Source: Antedon mediterranea
Taxonomy: Eukaryota > Animalia > Echinodermata
Length of the DNA stretch: 64,000 nt
Direction of reading: 5' to 3'
NCBI RefSeq assembly: GCF_964355755.1
Contig: NC_092671.1
Span: 39,070,304-39,134,303 of the forward strand
Positions 1 through 14,800 of the stretch are shown piece after piece; positions within the stretch are counted from its first letter, which is position 1, and each line of letters starts with the position of its first letter. The translations under genes were made by a program, and so were the position numbers. The notes below the pieces were generated by a model that made no database searches, was not told the origin of the DNA, and saw nothing but the letters and a program-made list of their open reading frames with translations.

Positions 1-4
1 AATG

Positions 5-885
5 AGGGGTTGCGACAGCAACAGAGCGCCATAACACATTGTGTCCGCAACCCCTGTAACATACAACTTAATACAAGTTAAAAATGAATATAAAATATAC
101 AGAATATATAACAAATTTAATTAATTTGTATTACTGTATTACACAATTTAAAATACACCTATACAATTAAAATAAAGTTAGCGTTTATCAAGCAGATATT
201 TTTTCGATTTCGACAGGAAATTTTTCAAAGGAAGAGTAACTGCTTTATCTTTGATTATGGAGGGTAGTGATGACCATATAACAGGAAAATTGTTGATAGA
301 CGAATATTTTAAAGTATCGGTACGTGCAAAAGGGTGGACAAATGTGAGTAATTCAGGATGGCGTTGATTGATATGGATATTATTATTTACAGTACTACAA
401 AAAGTTACATTATAAAAACAACGAAATATAAAGGAAATTAAAATCATTAAACGTCTATCACGTAAGGAGAACCAACCCAAAGTTATTAAACGTTCGTCGT
501 ATGATATATGTCCTCAGTGGGGTCCCAGAATACGTCTAGAGGCCCGTCGCTGAACCTGTTCGAGGCGTTCTACGTGTCCTCCATTTCTGGGGCCCCACGC
601 CGGCAAACCATACTCTAGAATAGGTAGCACCAAAGTTTTGTACAGACACGAAATCGCGTCTGGAGAAAAATTTCCGGCTACAGAAAAAATAAAGCCTAAC
701 ATTCGAATAGCTTTAGATATTAGATTATCGATATGAACATTCCAATTCAGTTTAGAATCGATATGTAGTACTCCTAAATGTTTATGGCTATCCACCACCG
801 CAATTGTCTCACCATTAAGAAAGTACAACGGCTTAACAAAGTTACGCTTTCTGGTGATATGCATTAATTTAGTTTTAGACTTTGA
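5..885 (-). mobile_element. 5'-truncated non-LTR retrotransposon (CR1/L2-like LINE) 3' fragment
   Basis: ORFs 514-864 and 178-480 encode the RT C-terminal region (HKHLGV..DSKLNWNVHI, LYKTLVLPILEYG..W, LEQVQRRA, LGWFSLRDRR), broken by a stop/frameshift. A 3' UTR hairpin pairs aggggttgcg (5-14) with cgcaacccct (46-55). The fragment abuts a truncated TTAA-MITE at ~886. Confidence 0.85.
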
Positions 886-1092
886 CTAATAATTGGATCT
901 AAACAAAATTTATTTACCTGAAAAAAACTGTAATTTACAGCAAAAAAGGTTGAATTGGCTGCAAGTGAAACATTTTTGTTTTTGTTTTCTTTCTATGGAA
1001 GTGATTAACTTTAATAAAACTACAAAATAATCTATTCAAAATCTGATTCAATTAAACTTCTTTTTTTCATGTTTTTGTGGGACAATACATCT
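886..1092. mobile_element. Truncated copy of the TTAA-flanked MITE family (reverse orientation)
   Basis: Reverse-complement match to 5971-6300, ending gggacaatacatct|ttaa. The other end is replaced by the LINE fragment. Confidence 0.7.
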
Positions 1093-1180
1093 TTAATAGG
1101 ATATAAAGATGACCGAAAAACAAAAATCATTTAAAAACAGAAATTTAAAACAAATATCTAAAAAGAGAAAACGAAAATAC

Positions 1181-4100
1181 CTGGCATTGAAGGAAGAGCC
1201 CAGCCCTCAACTTCTTTATTCGCTACGTCAATAACCTTCTCGTGAGCCCATGTACCATTCTGTAATGTAAAAACATAGCGAGTGTTTATACAATAATTTC
1301 TCTATAATAATAATTTATTGAAACTAGACCAATACACGGTGCGTTCTATATACAGATAGACATTCAACAGATACAAATTAATAAAAACAGATACAAAATA
1401 AAACTAGTCAACCACCGACTCGATCGCTGTCGTAGTCGTACGTCACTTATGCAATATACAATGAATTAAAAAGAAAAGAAATACAAACAGTTAAGAAGTA
1501 AAAATTAAACACCCTTATAGTTCAAACAGTTTTGTTTTAACTCCATTTTAGTTGAGATAAAAACAATAGCAATTTCAATCATACACAATTGAATGTGAGC
1601 ATTTTTATCATGCACCACTTATCATATCAACTTTCAACGATTGTGTATACAATACAATACAATATCAACCTGTATTCAAGGCCAGAGAGCTATATTTACA
1701 ATAGGTTAAACCATAGGGCAAAGTGCTACAGACAATTGAAAAAAAATGATTTCCTATACTCAGCAAATGCACGAGCACTGAACCTCAACAATGCCATTAT
1801 ATTTGTTGAAAAAAAGAGGAGTAGTAGGGCCTATATTTACCCATCCAGCCTCTACACAAAATCCAAATTAACTTGAAATCTGATAAATTCTAGACTATTA
1901 GGGAGGTTTCGCAATCTTACGAATACGATAACGAAAACGGATACGTCACGCACACGTATTCGTTTTTCGTAAGCCAGTAAAAATCTGTTTCGCATGGCAA
2001 CGAAATATTGAGGGCGCCTCCCAAAATATGACTGCGGTAAATGTGAGGGAAGCGCAGGTACGTGTTGCTTGGCTGCCTTGGCCTAGCGTAACATCAAAGC
2101 GAGTGAAGCCTTTAAAAATTGCTATTTATCAAAATTTACCTGGCATTTTAGTAAATTACTTTCAATAAAAGTATAATTATATTATAATCATGAATCATTC
2201 CTGATTCAAATGCAAAATGTGCAAAATAGATCAAAAACTATACTCGTTTTGTAGTTACGAATATGACTGGTGATATTCGTCAACACGAATACGCTTTACG
2301 AATATGAAATGGAGATCAGCTCAAAAGTTTCACAAATGTGTGACGTGTCCGTTTTCGTTATCGTATTCGTAAGATTGCGAAACCTCCCTATTATTACTGT
2401 ATTAAAAATGAACTCACGTCTTTCATGTAAAATCTCATTACATTACTGCTCAAAGCACATCCCACAAAACCTTCCTTTGCGATAGGGTTGTGAAGAAAGC
2501 GAATCTCTAGAGGAACAGCGCCCTCATCGCCCATGTTAATTGTTTGTTGTATGGTATGCTTGTCCCAATCCCAAACGTGAAGGCTTTTTCCATACAAACC
2601 TAAAACAAGTAAAGTGTATTCATTATACAAATCTAAAATTAGCAAAAGTTTCAATCAATTTTTTTTCTATACAGATTCCATTAAAAAATATGACAAAAAA
2701 CTTACCGTTGGTGTAGTCGTCAGGGTTGAATCCATTTAGAAAAGCCTTTGGAGCACCCCATTCTGTGCTTATCATCACATTGTGGAAAGGCTGGTACCAA
2801 AAGTCATAACCAAAAGGAGGGTTATGGCCGTCAGCCTCCCACTTGCCTTTGACATGGAAATCCTCTCCATCAAGAATGATAAAACCACCTGAAAAATAAA
2901 TAAACTCAACATGACATGAATAACTAGGCGGTTGGAAGTACAGTATGTTCCTCTGGCCTTGAATCTCATTATGTCTAGTCCAGTAGATGCATCTGTTCAA
3001 ATTGTCATACATTTTTAATTTTTCCTATTTCCTATTCACTTATGTAGAGAGGCAATTTTCTCTCTTCAAAACGTTGGATTTGCGCAAACAAATTTGTCTA
3101 GTGGAAAATCGGCTTTATACCAACTGTTTCACCTTTTGTTTGAAAAGTGTAAGGATTTGAACCAGTAAGTTCTAATCAGAAACTGGGAGCTCACCTGGTA
3201 TATAGTTTTTCTTTTTTAAACTACTAATTTAGAAACTAGTTCAGTTATCATTGAACTTTTGACCGATTTATCTAGTTCAATATATTGATTATAATAAAGT
3301 TCAAATGAACTTTGCATTGCATCATTCTCAGGACATAAGGCTGGGTTAACATTGCCCTTAGGTTATAGCGTATTTACCATTAAAATGTTCGCTCCAATAC
3401 TAAACCTTTTTAAAAATGCATCAAGGATAATATTAATACTGATGGTCTGTGGGAAGCATGAGGACATATCTTTGTACTTATTTTTGATGCAATACAATAA
3501 GAGACGCAGATTTAGGAAATATTCTGCACCGATGATAACATGTAATTTGACAAATAAAGTATTACCGGTTCAGTTATTCTTGTTTTCTCTCTTTCGTTTA
3601 TCTATATAAATTATGGTTAATTCTGACATAGGCGAGCACAATGGAAAAACTTCGGTATAAATCTCCGCCTTCGATACCTACCTTATCTATCTTAGATGTA
3701 CCGCGAAACGTAGATTTGATAACATTAGTTTTCAGTTCGACGCTATTGTTCCATTTTTGTCTTTTACAACGACAAAATTTAGTGTTACCTATCGAAATTT
3801 GTGGATCTCACAGGGTTATTTTCACACTTGCGCTCTGTTGTTCAACTGCCTTCCGAGTCCGTCACTTCCGGCAAAATGGCCGTTGGTGGCGACATTCAAT
3901 ATTAAATACAAAAATTTTATTTTTAGTGGTTCAACGTATCGTGAATTAGGCCTACTGCAATTAATTTGTTTTAGATATTACCGATTGCTGTCAAGTTCGA
4001 TTTCCAGAGGCGTTGGTTATGTTTTCGAGGACCATTCGGGTACACCCACCAGAGGGTGCGCGAGCGAACCCTCTAGTATTATAAATGTGTATTTACTGTA

Positions 4101-7100
4101 CATTTATTATAACATCCATTAGTTTTTACAAGTGAAGTGCGACTCCCAGGCAGGGAATAATTTCGCCAGTGTAGCATAGCAAACAGCCAATACAAAAAAA
4201 ACCTTATTGCTAATGCTACACATTTCTAAAATTGTGTAGCAAAAAATACAATACAAAACTATGTTTCTCGACTCAAAAATCAGTTTGATTAGCAATAAAC
4301 AAAATTTAAAAAATTTTCCCTGACAGGTTGAGGTCGGGTTTTTAGTCATCCCAGCACAAATTATTATTGTATTGTTCTTGGCTATATCACTTGTGCATTT
4401 TAGTTTCATATCATCATATCTACCATATCATGTCATGATCTTTAGCATTTTGAAATCCCAATATGGTAGGTACCCTGCACTAGGATGGCTGCTACAGTAG
4501 GTGAAAATGGTGGAAAGCTTTAGAATAAAGGTATTGAAAATTTGTGATGAGTGACCCAACATGCACCTCAACTCCATAAAAATATGTCACATTTCTAAAT
4601 TTCACATCACATGAAATGATCTCTGATTGCCCTTTCAACTTGTATCAGCCAGAACAAACCAGTCAGCATGACTCAGTACATTCTGAATGGTGTAACTGAT
4701 CAAATATTCAATTTAATATAAAACTGTAGGTTCTCAATTCTACCAGACTTCAAAACTGGACTTCAAACTAGCCTTCAAGATAGGTTTTGTTTTTTTAGTT
4801 AAAAGGGTTTCTGAAGGTTTTAACACTGTGCTTACAAACCATTAAATTTAGTATTGTCTTTATTATTTATCTATATTTTCTTTTTTTTTACAGGATGTTA
4901 AGCAAATTATATATATTATCACTGGACTTAAATACTTATCCATTATTATGCTGGTTGGCTTAGTACTCACCATATTAAGGGATTAAGGTATATCCCTATT
5001 TAACTATATCCCTATTAAGCTATATCCCTATTAAGCTATATTCCTATTGTACGGAACACTTCCATAAACAATAATTAATAGTACACATAAATCTACTACT
5101 TATTTATTTAACAATTAATTAATTTCTTTATACTCAGAGTTTTCAAAATTTTGTAAAGAAAAAACCAATTAAACCCGATTAAACCAATTTTTTAAAAATG
5201 CTACGTCAGTGGTGTATCTAGCATTTTGACAAGAGTTGGTGTCCACCAAGTATTTGTTTTCAAATAATTTAAAATAAAAATGATTTTTATTTGGAAAAAA
5301 AATAAACGTATGTTTAAACAAATACTTAGGTTCAATTGACTTTTAATACTGGTGTGAGGAAAGGTTAAAGAAACCTGACTTACTTATTTGGGGTACTTCT
5401 AGTAATTGTTTGACCCCTCCCTTTGTTCTGTCAGTCAAATATTCACATTGAATAATTATTAAAGACACCTTCCCTACAATTTGTGATGTTTTGTAAAAAT
5501 AATCCATATATATTACTTTAAAAACATTAAACCAGGTCATTCCTTGTCTTAAATGTACGTTTTATGGTAAATTATGATAAAAAGTGAGAAACAATGCACT
5601 TCCCAAGTAGCTCGCGGCGACTGACCTCTCGTGGACAGTCTTTAGGCCTAGCCTAGCTAGGCTTAGTTTTGTAGGCCTAGCTGGTAAACATCGTACGCTA
5701 GCTATATACCTAGCCTGACGTTGTATAGTTGCTGCATTAATTGTCTTTCTATTTTTTCCAGACTCGGTTAATACAAATTGGGGAAAACCTGGTATTTTCG
5801 CTGAAAAGTTAGGAGTCTTCCATTTATTTTGGCCTCACGATCGATCGAAAAGTGGGTGAATTACAGAAGAAAAACAGAAATATCAATCCGCGTGCAATGC
5901 ATTTTGGGATTTATAGCGGGCCGCTATAATTATTAGAATCGACTTATTTTTCACATTTTTAACCATTTAAAGATGTATTGTCCCCCAAAAACATGAAAAA
6001 TGAAGATTAATTAAATCAGACTTTGAATAGGTTATTTTGTAGTTTCCATATTAAGTTAATCACTTCCAAAGAAAAAAAAAACGGAAAAAAAATAACATAA
6101 TAAATGGTTAAATTCAACCAAAAATCCATTGGCTGGCAGCCAATTTGACCATTTTTTGCTTTAAATTCCAATTTTTTCAGGTAAATAATTTTTTTTTTCG
6201 ATCCAATTTTTTGACGAAGTTAATAACTATTATGTGACATTAAAATGGCATATTCAACAAAAAAAAAATAAAAAATTGTTTTTCAGGGGACAATACATCT
6301 TTAAAGACAAAAAAAGTTATCGCAATAGGACCATATAGTATTATTTTTACATTAAATATAGTTTGTGATCTTAAAATAGATCTAAAAAACGTAGTGAAGA
6401 TGTCTTTAAATAAGCATACCTTTTCCTTCCATAGGATCTTCTCCTTTACCCATGGCACTAATCATAACCTCGCCATTAGCAAGACAATGTGATGTATGGG
6501 GTATGGCTAAACCACTTTTTGTTCTTACTTCTTCTGGTTCAACTATCTGAAAGTTAAGCATGATCAAATTGAAGCTTTCCAAAGCCCTGTCTACACTACT
6601 AAACTTTATGTGATATGCCCATAATATGGACATGATGATGTCATATCACTATCATATATGGGCATATCACTACCATGTTTGGGCACATCACACTTTTTTT
6701 GTCAAACTAGTTTGATAGTGTAGACAGATCTTTAGCTTAAATTAAATATATAGTAAATAAAGTACAGACGAACAAAAAAAAAACAAACAAAAAATTAAAA
6801 AAATTACAGTACTACTACTAGTACTACTAAATAAACTACAACTACTGCTACAACTACTACTGCTGCTGCTACAACTGTTACTACTACTGCAACTGCTCTA
6901 ACTACTGCAACTGCTACAACTACTGCAAATGCTACAACTACCGCAACTGCTACGACTGCTACAACTACTGCTGCTGTTACAACTACTGCTGCTGCTACAG
7001 CTACTGTTGCTGCTACAGCTACTGCTGCTGCTACAACTACTGCTGCTGTTACAACTACTGCTGCTGCTACAGCTACTGTTGCTGCTACAGCTACTGCTGC

Positions 7101-10100
7101 TGCTACAACTACTGCTGTAACTACTGCTGTTGCTACTGCTGCTACAACTGCTACTGCTGCTACAACTACTGCTGCTGCTACAACTACTACAACTGCTGCT
7201 ACTGCTACAACTACTAGTACTACTACTGCTACAACTACTAATGATACAACTACTAATGATACAACTACTGCTGCTGCTACAACTATTACTGCTGCTGCTA
7301 CAACTACTACTGCTGGTAGTACCAAACCCTCTGTACTTTATTCCACCCTGAACCATGGGGTTAACAATCATGTCATTCACACTGGGAGATCGATATCATT
7401 CTCACAGAAAACAGAGTTTAGGCTCAGGAGGCTGTGTTGTGATTCTGGGCACTATTTCAATTGTATACACGTACTCAGGCTGCAGAGTTACATTAAATTT
7501 CTGAGTAAATTTGCAAATAAATTTATGATTCAGATAAAAGGTTTGATTTGAATACTAATTTGTTAAATTTGATAATACTAATTTAATTTTTCTTTGGTAA
7601 AAATATGCCTTTATAATATTTAATATAAAAAAGGAAAATATAAAAGCAATTTACAATATAATATAAACGAGAGAAGACCATCAGAGACGATTATTTCAAT
7701 GTTCAGGTCCTGTTCCTGGAACTCAATATAACTTATGGTAATTCTTCAATAAATCACTCCCATCAGCTTTGTAAAACTGTTAATTTTACACAAACTCAAA
7801 TATTATAAGTGATAAAAATCATGCATTTTTGAAAGAATTTCATTTTCGAAGATCATACCACAAAAAAAACAAAAACCCATAATTTTCAAACAAGTTTTTG
7901 GTCTCATGTGCCATTATTTGGAGTTTTAGAGTATTTTTATGAACGGTCAAAAGTTAGTGGCCAGTAAAAGACGTGGATACATTTTTACTGGTCCTCTTGG
8001 TTAGTTAAAAAATGGAGACCCCTATAAACCACTTACCGTATGTATGATGGGTCTCCGTGGATTTGTGGCAACATCAATGACATATATTCTGGAGGAGTAG
8101 AGACTAGGCATGATCAGCTTTGAACGTTTTTTACTTGCATCGTTCCAGCAACTACTGCAGGCATTCCAACCAGTATGGTGGAGTTCATCATTTAAGTAAG
8201 GCATTGGCAGACGGCTAATTACCTACAAATATTAAATTTAAACTCAATAAATAATCTACATGTAATATAAACCACCTATTATTATAATGTATAGACAAAG
8301 TATCATCATAGTGCTTGATTTTTGGGGTTGGAGAAGTAGAAACAGGACAAGCAATCATAAACTGTTGAAATAATTAATAACATAACATACAGTAGTATTG
8401 GTTTCCGATTCAAACTTAACTTCTAATTAAAGATGTATTGTCCCCCAAAAACATGAAAAATGAAGATTAATTAAATCAGACTTTGAATATGCTAAATTGT
8501 AGTTTTAATAAAGTTAATCACTTCCAAAAAAAAACACGAAAAAATAAATGGTTAGATTCAACCAAAAACCCATTGGCTGCCAGCCAATTTTACCATTTTT
8601 GCTTTAAATTACAGTTTTTTCAGGTAAATACATTTTATTTCGATCCAATGTTTGGTCAAAGTGTATAACTATTACGTTACATTAAAATGGCATATTCAAC
8701 AAAAATTTTGTTCCCAATTATTTTTTCAAGGGACAATATCTCTTTAAACATTAAGCTGAATATGCTTACCTTGCAATATGTAGACGATCTTGGATCAATA
8801 TCCACCGTGGCCAAATAATCAGGTCTACCTATTTCAGTGTTTCTGTAAATGCAGGGGATATACAGCAACTCTTCCCTGGGGCCTTTCATGGCATCCAGGG
8901 GTGTTCGGTATCCAGGTCCTGGGCAGCAAGCTACAACAGAATTTGCTCCACATTTAAATTCACATTAACAAATAGTATGAATAATGATATTACACCAATT
9001 GAATGTATGTAAAAACAACATTTATTGTTTTAAAATTAAATTTTTCCCTAAACTATGCAAATAAAAATAGTATGGTATATAGGCCCATACATGTTTTGGC
9101 TTTTAAAGCAGATACAGATCTTTTATTGTCATACAAACAAAAATAGTACAGTATGAAATTTGTCTTCTTGTTGCGAAAAAGAATACACTTAATATTTAGA
9201 AAAAAGGTTACAACACAGCTAAATACAAAAATATTATCTACAGTGAATATACTAAGTATCTTATTTACCTCCGCCAAGGACGTATATGTAATCGATCGCC
9301 TGTGTTTCGTTTGTCTGTCTGTTTGTTTGTTAGCAGGATTACTCAAAGTAATTACAAGATCTTTACCAAAATGAATGTACAGATAGATATGTGGTCAAGG
9401 ACCATTCTATTAAATTTTGGGACCATTTGGGACCATGGTCCCAATTCTGGACCACTTTTTAGTATACTTTTCAGACCTGCTAGTGTTAAAAGATAGGACA
9501 GAATTTTCCAAAAAGCCGGCAAGCAGTCTTACTCTTTACGTGTGACAATCAAACTAAAATTGCATTTTCTCGACAACTACTTGTCTAAAAAAACTTCATT
9601 TTTGTACAAGAGACTAGAGTTATAATTTGTAATTTCAGAACATAATTTGATTTAATGTGCATATTTTTTTATGCGAGTTACATAACTATTTCACCAAACT
9701 CGCATACACATGCTTGTAGTGAAATTAGCTTAAATCAGAAACAGCATTAAGACACACAAAAATATATATATTTTTTTTTCAGGAGAAATCTTATGTTGGA
9801 GAATGTTACAGTAGGCGGAGGTATGCACTCTCGGAGTGGCTTCCTAGTCTGAGTTCGTTTTTCATATTGAATACACTGACAAGCAAGTTGGTTAATTAAA
9901 AATTAAGTTTACCAGGCATATAAATACGGCAAATTTCTTCTACGTTTAAAAATGTTGAGACATAAAAATGGTAAACAATAATAAACAAAATGAAATAAGT
10001 TATTCTTTAATTTAATGAAATTCTATATCGACGGTTCTTGGTATTTGTTCACTATATACTACTGGTTGGTACAAAATTACTGAATGACTATTATGATTTC

Positions 10101-10548
10101 TTTATAATTAATAATATAAATGTAATTATTTTATTTACATAAAAACAACAAGACTGGTCTACTACTAGGCCTTTAGGCTAGAGTTTATTTATTATTTTTA
10201 TTTCTTTATTCTGATATAAAATCATAGTATAAAAACACAAAAGAGTATAAATTTAATACTCTACAAATTTATTTTAGGCCCTATAAAATGTGGACCTTTT
10301 TACTCGTCGCAGGCGATGCCTAGGTCGCACTTTTCCTACAGTAGGTCGCCACCTTTGAGAAATCGAAAGATTGGATGTTGGTTCGGTTCCAATTACAGGA
10401 CCCTGGTAAAAACCAGCCATATGTATGTAGGCTAGAGGCCTATGCACGAGAGACACCACATGCTAAACACACTCAGAACAAAATAATTATACCTATAAAC
10501 ATGGAGTAACCCCTTGCTATAAATAATACAAGCAGTAGACTTACACAT
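1181..10548 (-). CDS. SELENBP1: Selenium-binding protein 1 / methanethiol oxidase, copy A (exons 1-7; 3' exons lie beyond the left edge)
   Basis: GT-AG exons 10545-10548, 8770-8930, 8037-8222, 6420-6546, 2706-2888, 2418-2599 and 1181-1259 join in frame: [87 protein letters not shown]. Confidence 0.95.
1900..2389. mobile_element. Non-autonomous DNA transposon (MITE) with ~50-bp terminal inverted repeats
   Basis: agggaggtttcgcaatcttacgaatacgataacgaaaacgga... pairs with ...tccgttttcgttatcgtattcgtaagattgcgaaacctccct. Flanks allow an ATT or TA target duplication, so the superfamily is not assigned. Confidence 0.85.
3612..4077 (+). mobile_element. Possible Helitron/Helentron-type non-autonomous element
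   Basis: A GC-richer island ends in the hairpin agagggt-gcgcgagcga-accctct running into CTAG-T. The 5' boundary is uncertain. Confidence 0.45.
5971..6300. mobile_element. MITE with TTAA target duplication (Kolobok/piggyBac-type)
   Basis: ttaa|agatgtattgtcccc ... ggggacaatacatct|ttaa. Related copies at 8431-8743, ~25410-25689, 886-1092 and ~10880-10981. Confidence 0.85.
6583..6733. mobile_element. PIF/Harbinger-type MITE (AGCTCTGTCTACACTA family)
   Basis: agccctgtctacactactaaact ... agtttgatagtgtagacagatct, with the internal 21-bp repeat typical of the family. Confidence 0.8.
6826..7320. repeat. Compound trinucleotide microsatellite (ACT/GCT/ACA mosaic)
   Basis: actactgctgctgctacaact... for ~500 bp inside SELENBP1-A intron 3. 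It produces the low-complexity ORFs in the track. Confidence 0.95.
8431..8743. mobile_element. TTAA-MITE copy
   Basis: ttaa|agatgtattgtcccc ... gggacaatatctct|ttaa, highly similar to 5971-6300. Confidence 0.85.
9264..9848 (+). mobile_element. Helentron-associated non-autonomous element (HINE/DINE-1-like)
   Basis: Subterminal inverted repeat acctccgcc (9267) / ggcggaggt (9814), a GTCT/GTTT microsatellite near the 5' end, and a 3' hairpin cactc-tcg-gagtg followed by CTAG-T. Confidence 0.8.
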
Positions 10549-11823
10549 TGCAGTTTTTTTCAAATACAAAATCCAATAAAATTAAGCGAAAAAGTTCAAG
10601 AAGTTTTCTCTCCTCTCTTCCCTTGCGAACAAAAACGGAGATTGTTTGCAGTAGTTTTAACCATCGACACGCATGATCACACCCACTGTATGTACCCACG
10701 CGGCGGTGTGAGAATTACTCCTCCTACCACATACGTCATCAACAAATTCGATTCAAGCGCGCTGATTGGTCATTGAATCTATCTAAAAGAAATCATAAAG
10801 TAAATTTTAATAAATTTTGATCACTTTCCAAATAACAAATACAGTAATTGTTTCATGAATCAAGTTTATTTGCCACGTTTCTCAATTCTCAATTTTGGTC
10901 AAAGTGAATAACTAATAAGTGAATGTCAATTCAACCAATAATTGGTTACAAATTATTGTTTTCAGGGGCAATGGAATATCTTTAAATACAATCACTCAAA
11001 CAGATGCATTTCAGAGAAATCTGTCATGGAAAAATTTGGGAAATTTTGTATATTACTGGTCAAAACAAAACTAATAAAACTTCATTTGGGATTGACACAT
11101 TTTCTTCAATTACGGGTACATCACTTGTTTGAGAACTTTTCTAGAGCATCTTGATTTTTGACAAATTATTAATACTGAACAGCAACAAACAGAACAAAAG
11201 TAAAATAATAGTACACTGAAAAATCATAATAAAATGTTTTTGTAATTTAATTGGTAGGTTTTTATTATTATTTTTATCATTCTTATTAAAATCTTAGTTA
11301 AAGTTACTTTTATACACTGGTAAATAAATATTTGATTTATAAATAAATATTATATATATACCGTATATATTTGAGACAAATTAAATAAATAAAAATAATA
11401 AATTAATCACTAAAAAATATATTTCTCATTTTATTTATTCTCATTTATTAATTATTCTACCACCAATGTTATTATTTAATAATCCACATTATTCACCTGA
11501 TTCTCCGTGCTATAAACATTTGACAATATTTGCACAGAATCACAAACAAATTCCTACAACATGGTGCCTGTATCATGTAAGGTTAGGTTAAGGGTTAAGT
11601 TATGGTGTACATGTTACTAGGGGATACATGTGAAACACATGTGACCCTGTATCATGGTATTTTCGTATGATACTGGACAAATTTAGATGCATTACTGAAT
11701 ATTAGGAGGAGTAATTAATATAACATTTTTTAAAATAGACAGCTGGTTGAGGCTATAAATATGTATTTAAAATAATTTAATACCATTCTGGTCCTATATA
11801 TAGGAAATCATTTTATTTTAAAT

Positions 11824-14800
11824 CTACAAATTACTAGATGTGTTGTGAACATAGATATCAGAGCTGCAGTCACCCCCAGGGTATCGGATCTCGTGGGCAA
11901 GTGCTGGTCCACCTGGTTCATTGCCAAAATCAATCAATACATTCCTGTTGAGGGTCAGGCCTCCTTGGTCAGTGTCCACATCAATTTGCAGCATCACAGA
12001 CCCCTCTCTGTTGAAAATGACAAACAATATATTCAAAATGGAAAATAAGACTGTATTTGCATACATTCAAATACAAATGCATGGTCTTTTCAACTTCCAG
12101 TTAACCAGTTAAATGGTTTGAATGTGTCCTGCCAACTTCCAGTTAACCAGTTAAATGGTTTGAATGTGTCTTGTCAACTTCCAGTCAACAAGTTAACATG
12201 GTTTGGATGTGTCTTGTCAACTTCCAGTTAACCAGTTAACATGGTTTGAATGTGTCTGATCAACTTCCAGTTAACAAGTTAACATGGTTTGGATGTGTCT
12301 TTTCAACTTCCAGTTAACCAGTTATCATAGTTCGAATGTGTCTTGTCAACTTCCAATTAACCAGTTAACATGGTTTGAATGTGTCTTTTCAACTTCCAGT
12401 TAACCAGTTATCATAGTTCGAATGTGTCTTGTAACTGTTCGAAATTAAGTGTTGAAGCCAAACTTGACTTTATATAGCAAATATATATGATCCTGTAAAG
12501 AACTTTTATATTAATCAGTATTACTATTAGATATTAATTCTGCACACTTACCTGACCATGTCTGGGTAGAATTGTACATCCCATTGACTGTAGAGGGAGG
12601 TTGTCACAAAAAGGCGTTTACCATCCAGACTTAGCTGAATCATCTGAGGTCCACCATGGATGCGTTTTCCATTAAAGTAAAACGGCTCTGGTTGTTCGTC
12701 AAGCTCCACATCTTTAATAACTTTCACAGGTCCATTCTTGCAAACAGACCCACCAAGGAAAATCTAAAAGTATCACATTTTGTGTGCTTAATACAGATCT
12801 ACCTTCTGCTTATAATACAGTATATGGTTTTGTAATGTAATACCAGAGCCATATATATAAAGAGTTACGACATTGAATTATAGTCACGTGATATGCAGAT
12901 CAAAATGTGTCAAACTTGTCTCCATTAATGCATGTAAAGTATAGGAGCAAAAAAATACTTTCAATTTTTTCTTATATTAAAAAAAATGTAATTGCACATT
13001 TTACGATGAAATATCGATGTGCACAGCGTACAGAAGTACTTGCGCCAAAGAATATTGCGCTCGCGTGTGCTAGTACATTATAACGTTCGATTGATTGATT
13101 TTGGAACAAAAAATCCCATAACTACGTCCTATTAATAACAATTATGTAATATTTTCAATTCATAATGCATGCTTTGATGACTAAATAAAATAATAAAGTG
13201 TCGTGGATATATTTGTTAATATACTGAAAAGGGTATGAACAATATTTACATAATAAAGGCAAATTATTACAAATGAAATGATGAACGAGTCTCTGAATGG
13301 TAATAACGTTGGCGGCGCAGTTCGTGTAAAAAACACACAGAAAGCCATATACTGCATAAAAAGAGAGGTGAATGTGTATGTTTTTTGTATTGGTTCATTC
13401 TTTGATGTATCCTAACTTCCATGTAGGCCCTAGCATTTATTTTTTTGTTATTATAAAAAATATATATATTTTAACAAATCAATACCATTAATAAAATTAA
13501 TTACTAAAATAAAAACGGAATCTAAGCGTTATTTTATAGACAACAAAATCTAAAAATAGTGCATGAACTATAGGAAAACGCTATACAAAAGAGACGCGCG
13601 CGCCCTCAGCGTGCGAATTCTTTGACACAAAAATGGCTTCTAATTTTCAATGTCGTAACTCTTTATATATATGGCTCTGGTAATGCATATGTAATGTCGC
13701 CCTCTAATAAAATAAAAGTCTGACAAGTTTTGGATGCTTAAACATGTTTGCTGCCCTCTAAATGATAAACTTACCTGTCCTACAAGTTTAGGGTTACTTG
13801 TATCAGTGACATCATATTGTCGAATATCTCCATGTAGCCAGTTACTAAAGTACAGAAACTTATCATCCAATGAGATTAGAATGTCAGTAATAAGACCTGT
13901 TGTAAAAAACAACATGGTTATAAAATTGAATCTAATTACATTATAATTTTATTTACTCACTACAATGCAAAAAGTTCATGCAATGAATATTATATTAACA
14001 CAATTAAGCTTGGTTACCACTAGAACGTAACGCAAGGAAGTAAACGCAACGCAAGCTTTTTAACCAATGACAAGCGAAGTTATAGACAGTTAGCAATGAC
14101 AAGCGAATAAGCCATCGCTTGTGATTGGTCAATTCACTTGCGTTGCGTTACGTCCTTGTGTTGCGTCGCCAGTGGGAACCACGCTTTAGTAGGACACAAA
14201 TGTTGATAATTATGTATGATTGTGTTAGGGCGAGTATTAGGCATTTTTATTATCTATCCAAAACTGTTAAAACAAACATATATTTAAACAAACAAGATGG
14301 TTTTTTTGTTGTTTTTTTTTTTACCATCTTTAATGAGGGTGATCCATCCAGCAATTGCTGTCATTAGGGACACTCAGAGGTTCACAAGAACCTCTTGTTC
14401 TTGTGAACTCTCAGAAGAACCCTCAGAGGTTCACAAGACAAACATATACACAAGATGCTTTACATAAACAAAGTCTTATTACAAATTTCTTCGGAGTGGA
14501 GTTGTAATTTTGCCCTTAGAAAAAATCCTGACATGTGACGGGACTTGAACCCAGGACCCTTGGAGTGGTAGCCAAGCATCATAACCACCAAGCCACAATA
14601 TATTAATAATATAATCTATGAATACAAGAAAAACTAGTATTCTGCTTTAGAACAGACATTTAAAACAGATATTAAATGAGAAAACAAAATACCTGGCATT
14701 GAAGGAAGAGCCCAGCCCTCAACTTCTTTATTCGCTACGTCAATAACCTTCTCGTGAGCCCATGTACCATTCTGTAATGTGAAAACATAAGCATATAACT

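Noticed and set aside
6804-7380. Val/Ala-, Ser/Cys- and Leu/Gln-rich ORFs (and a Thr/Ala mucin- or antifreeze-like reading)
   Set aside because: All come from one trinucleotide microsatellite in an intron, with no supported start, splice sites or signal peptide.
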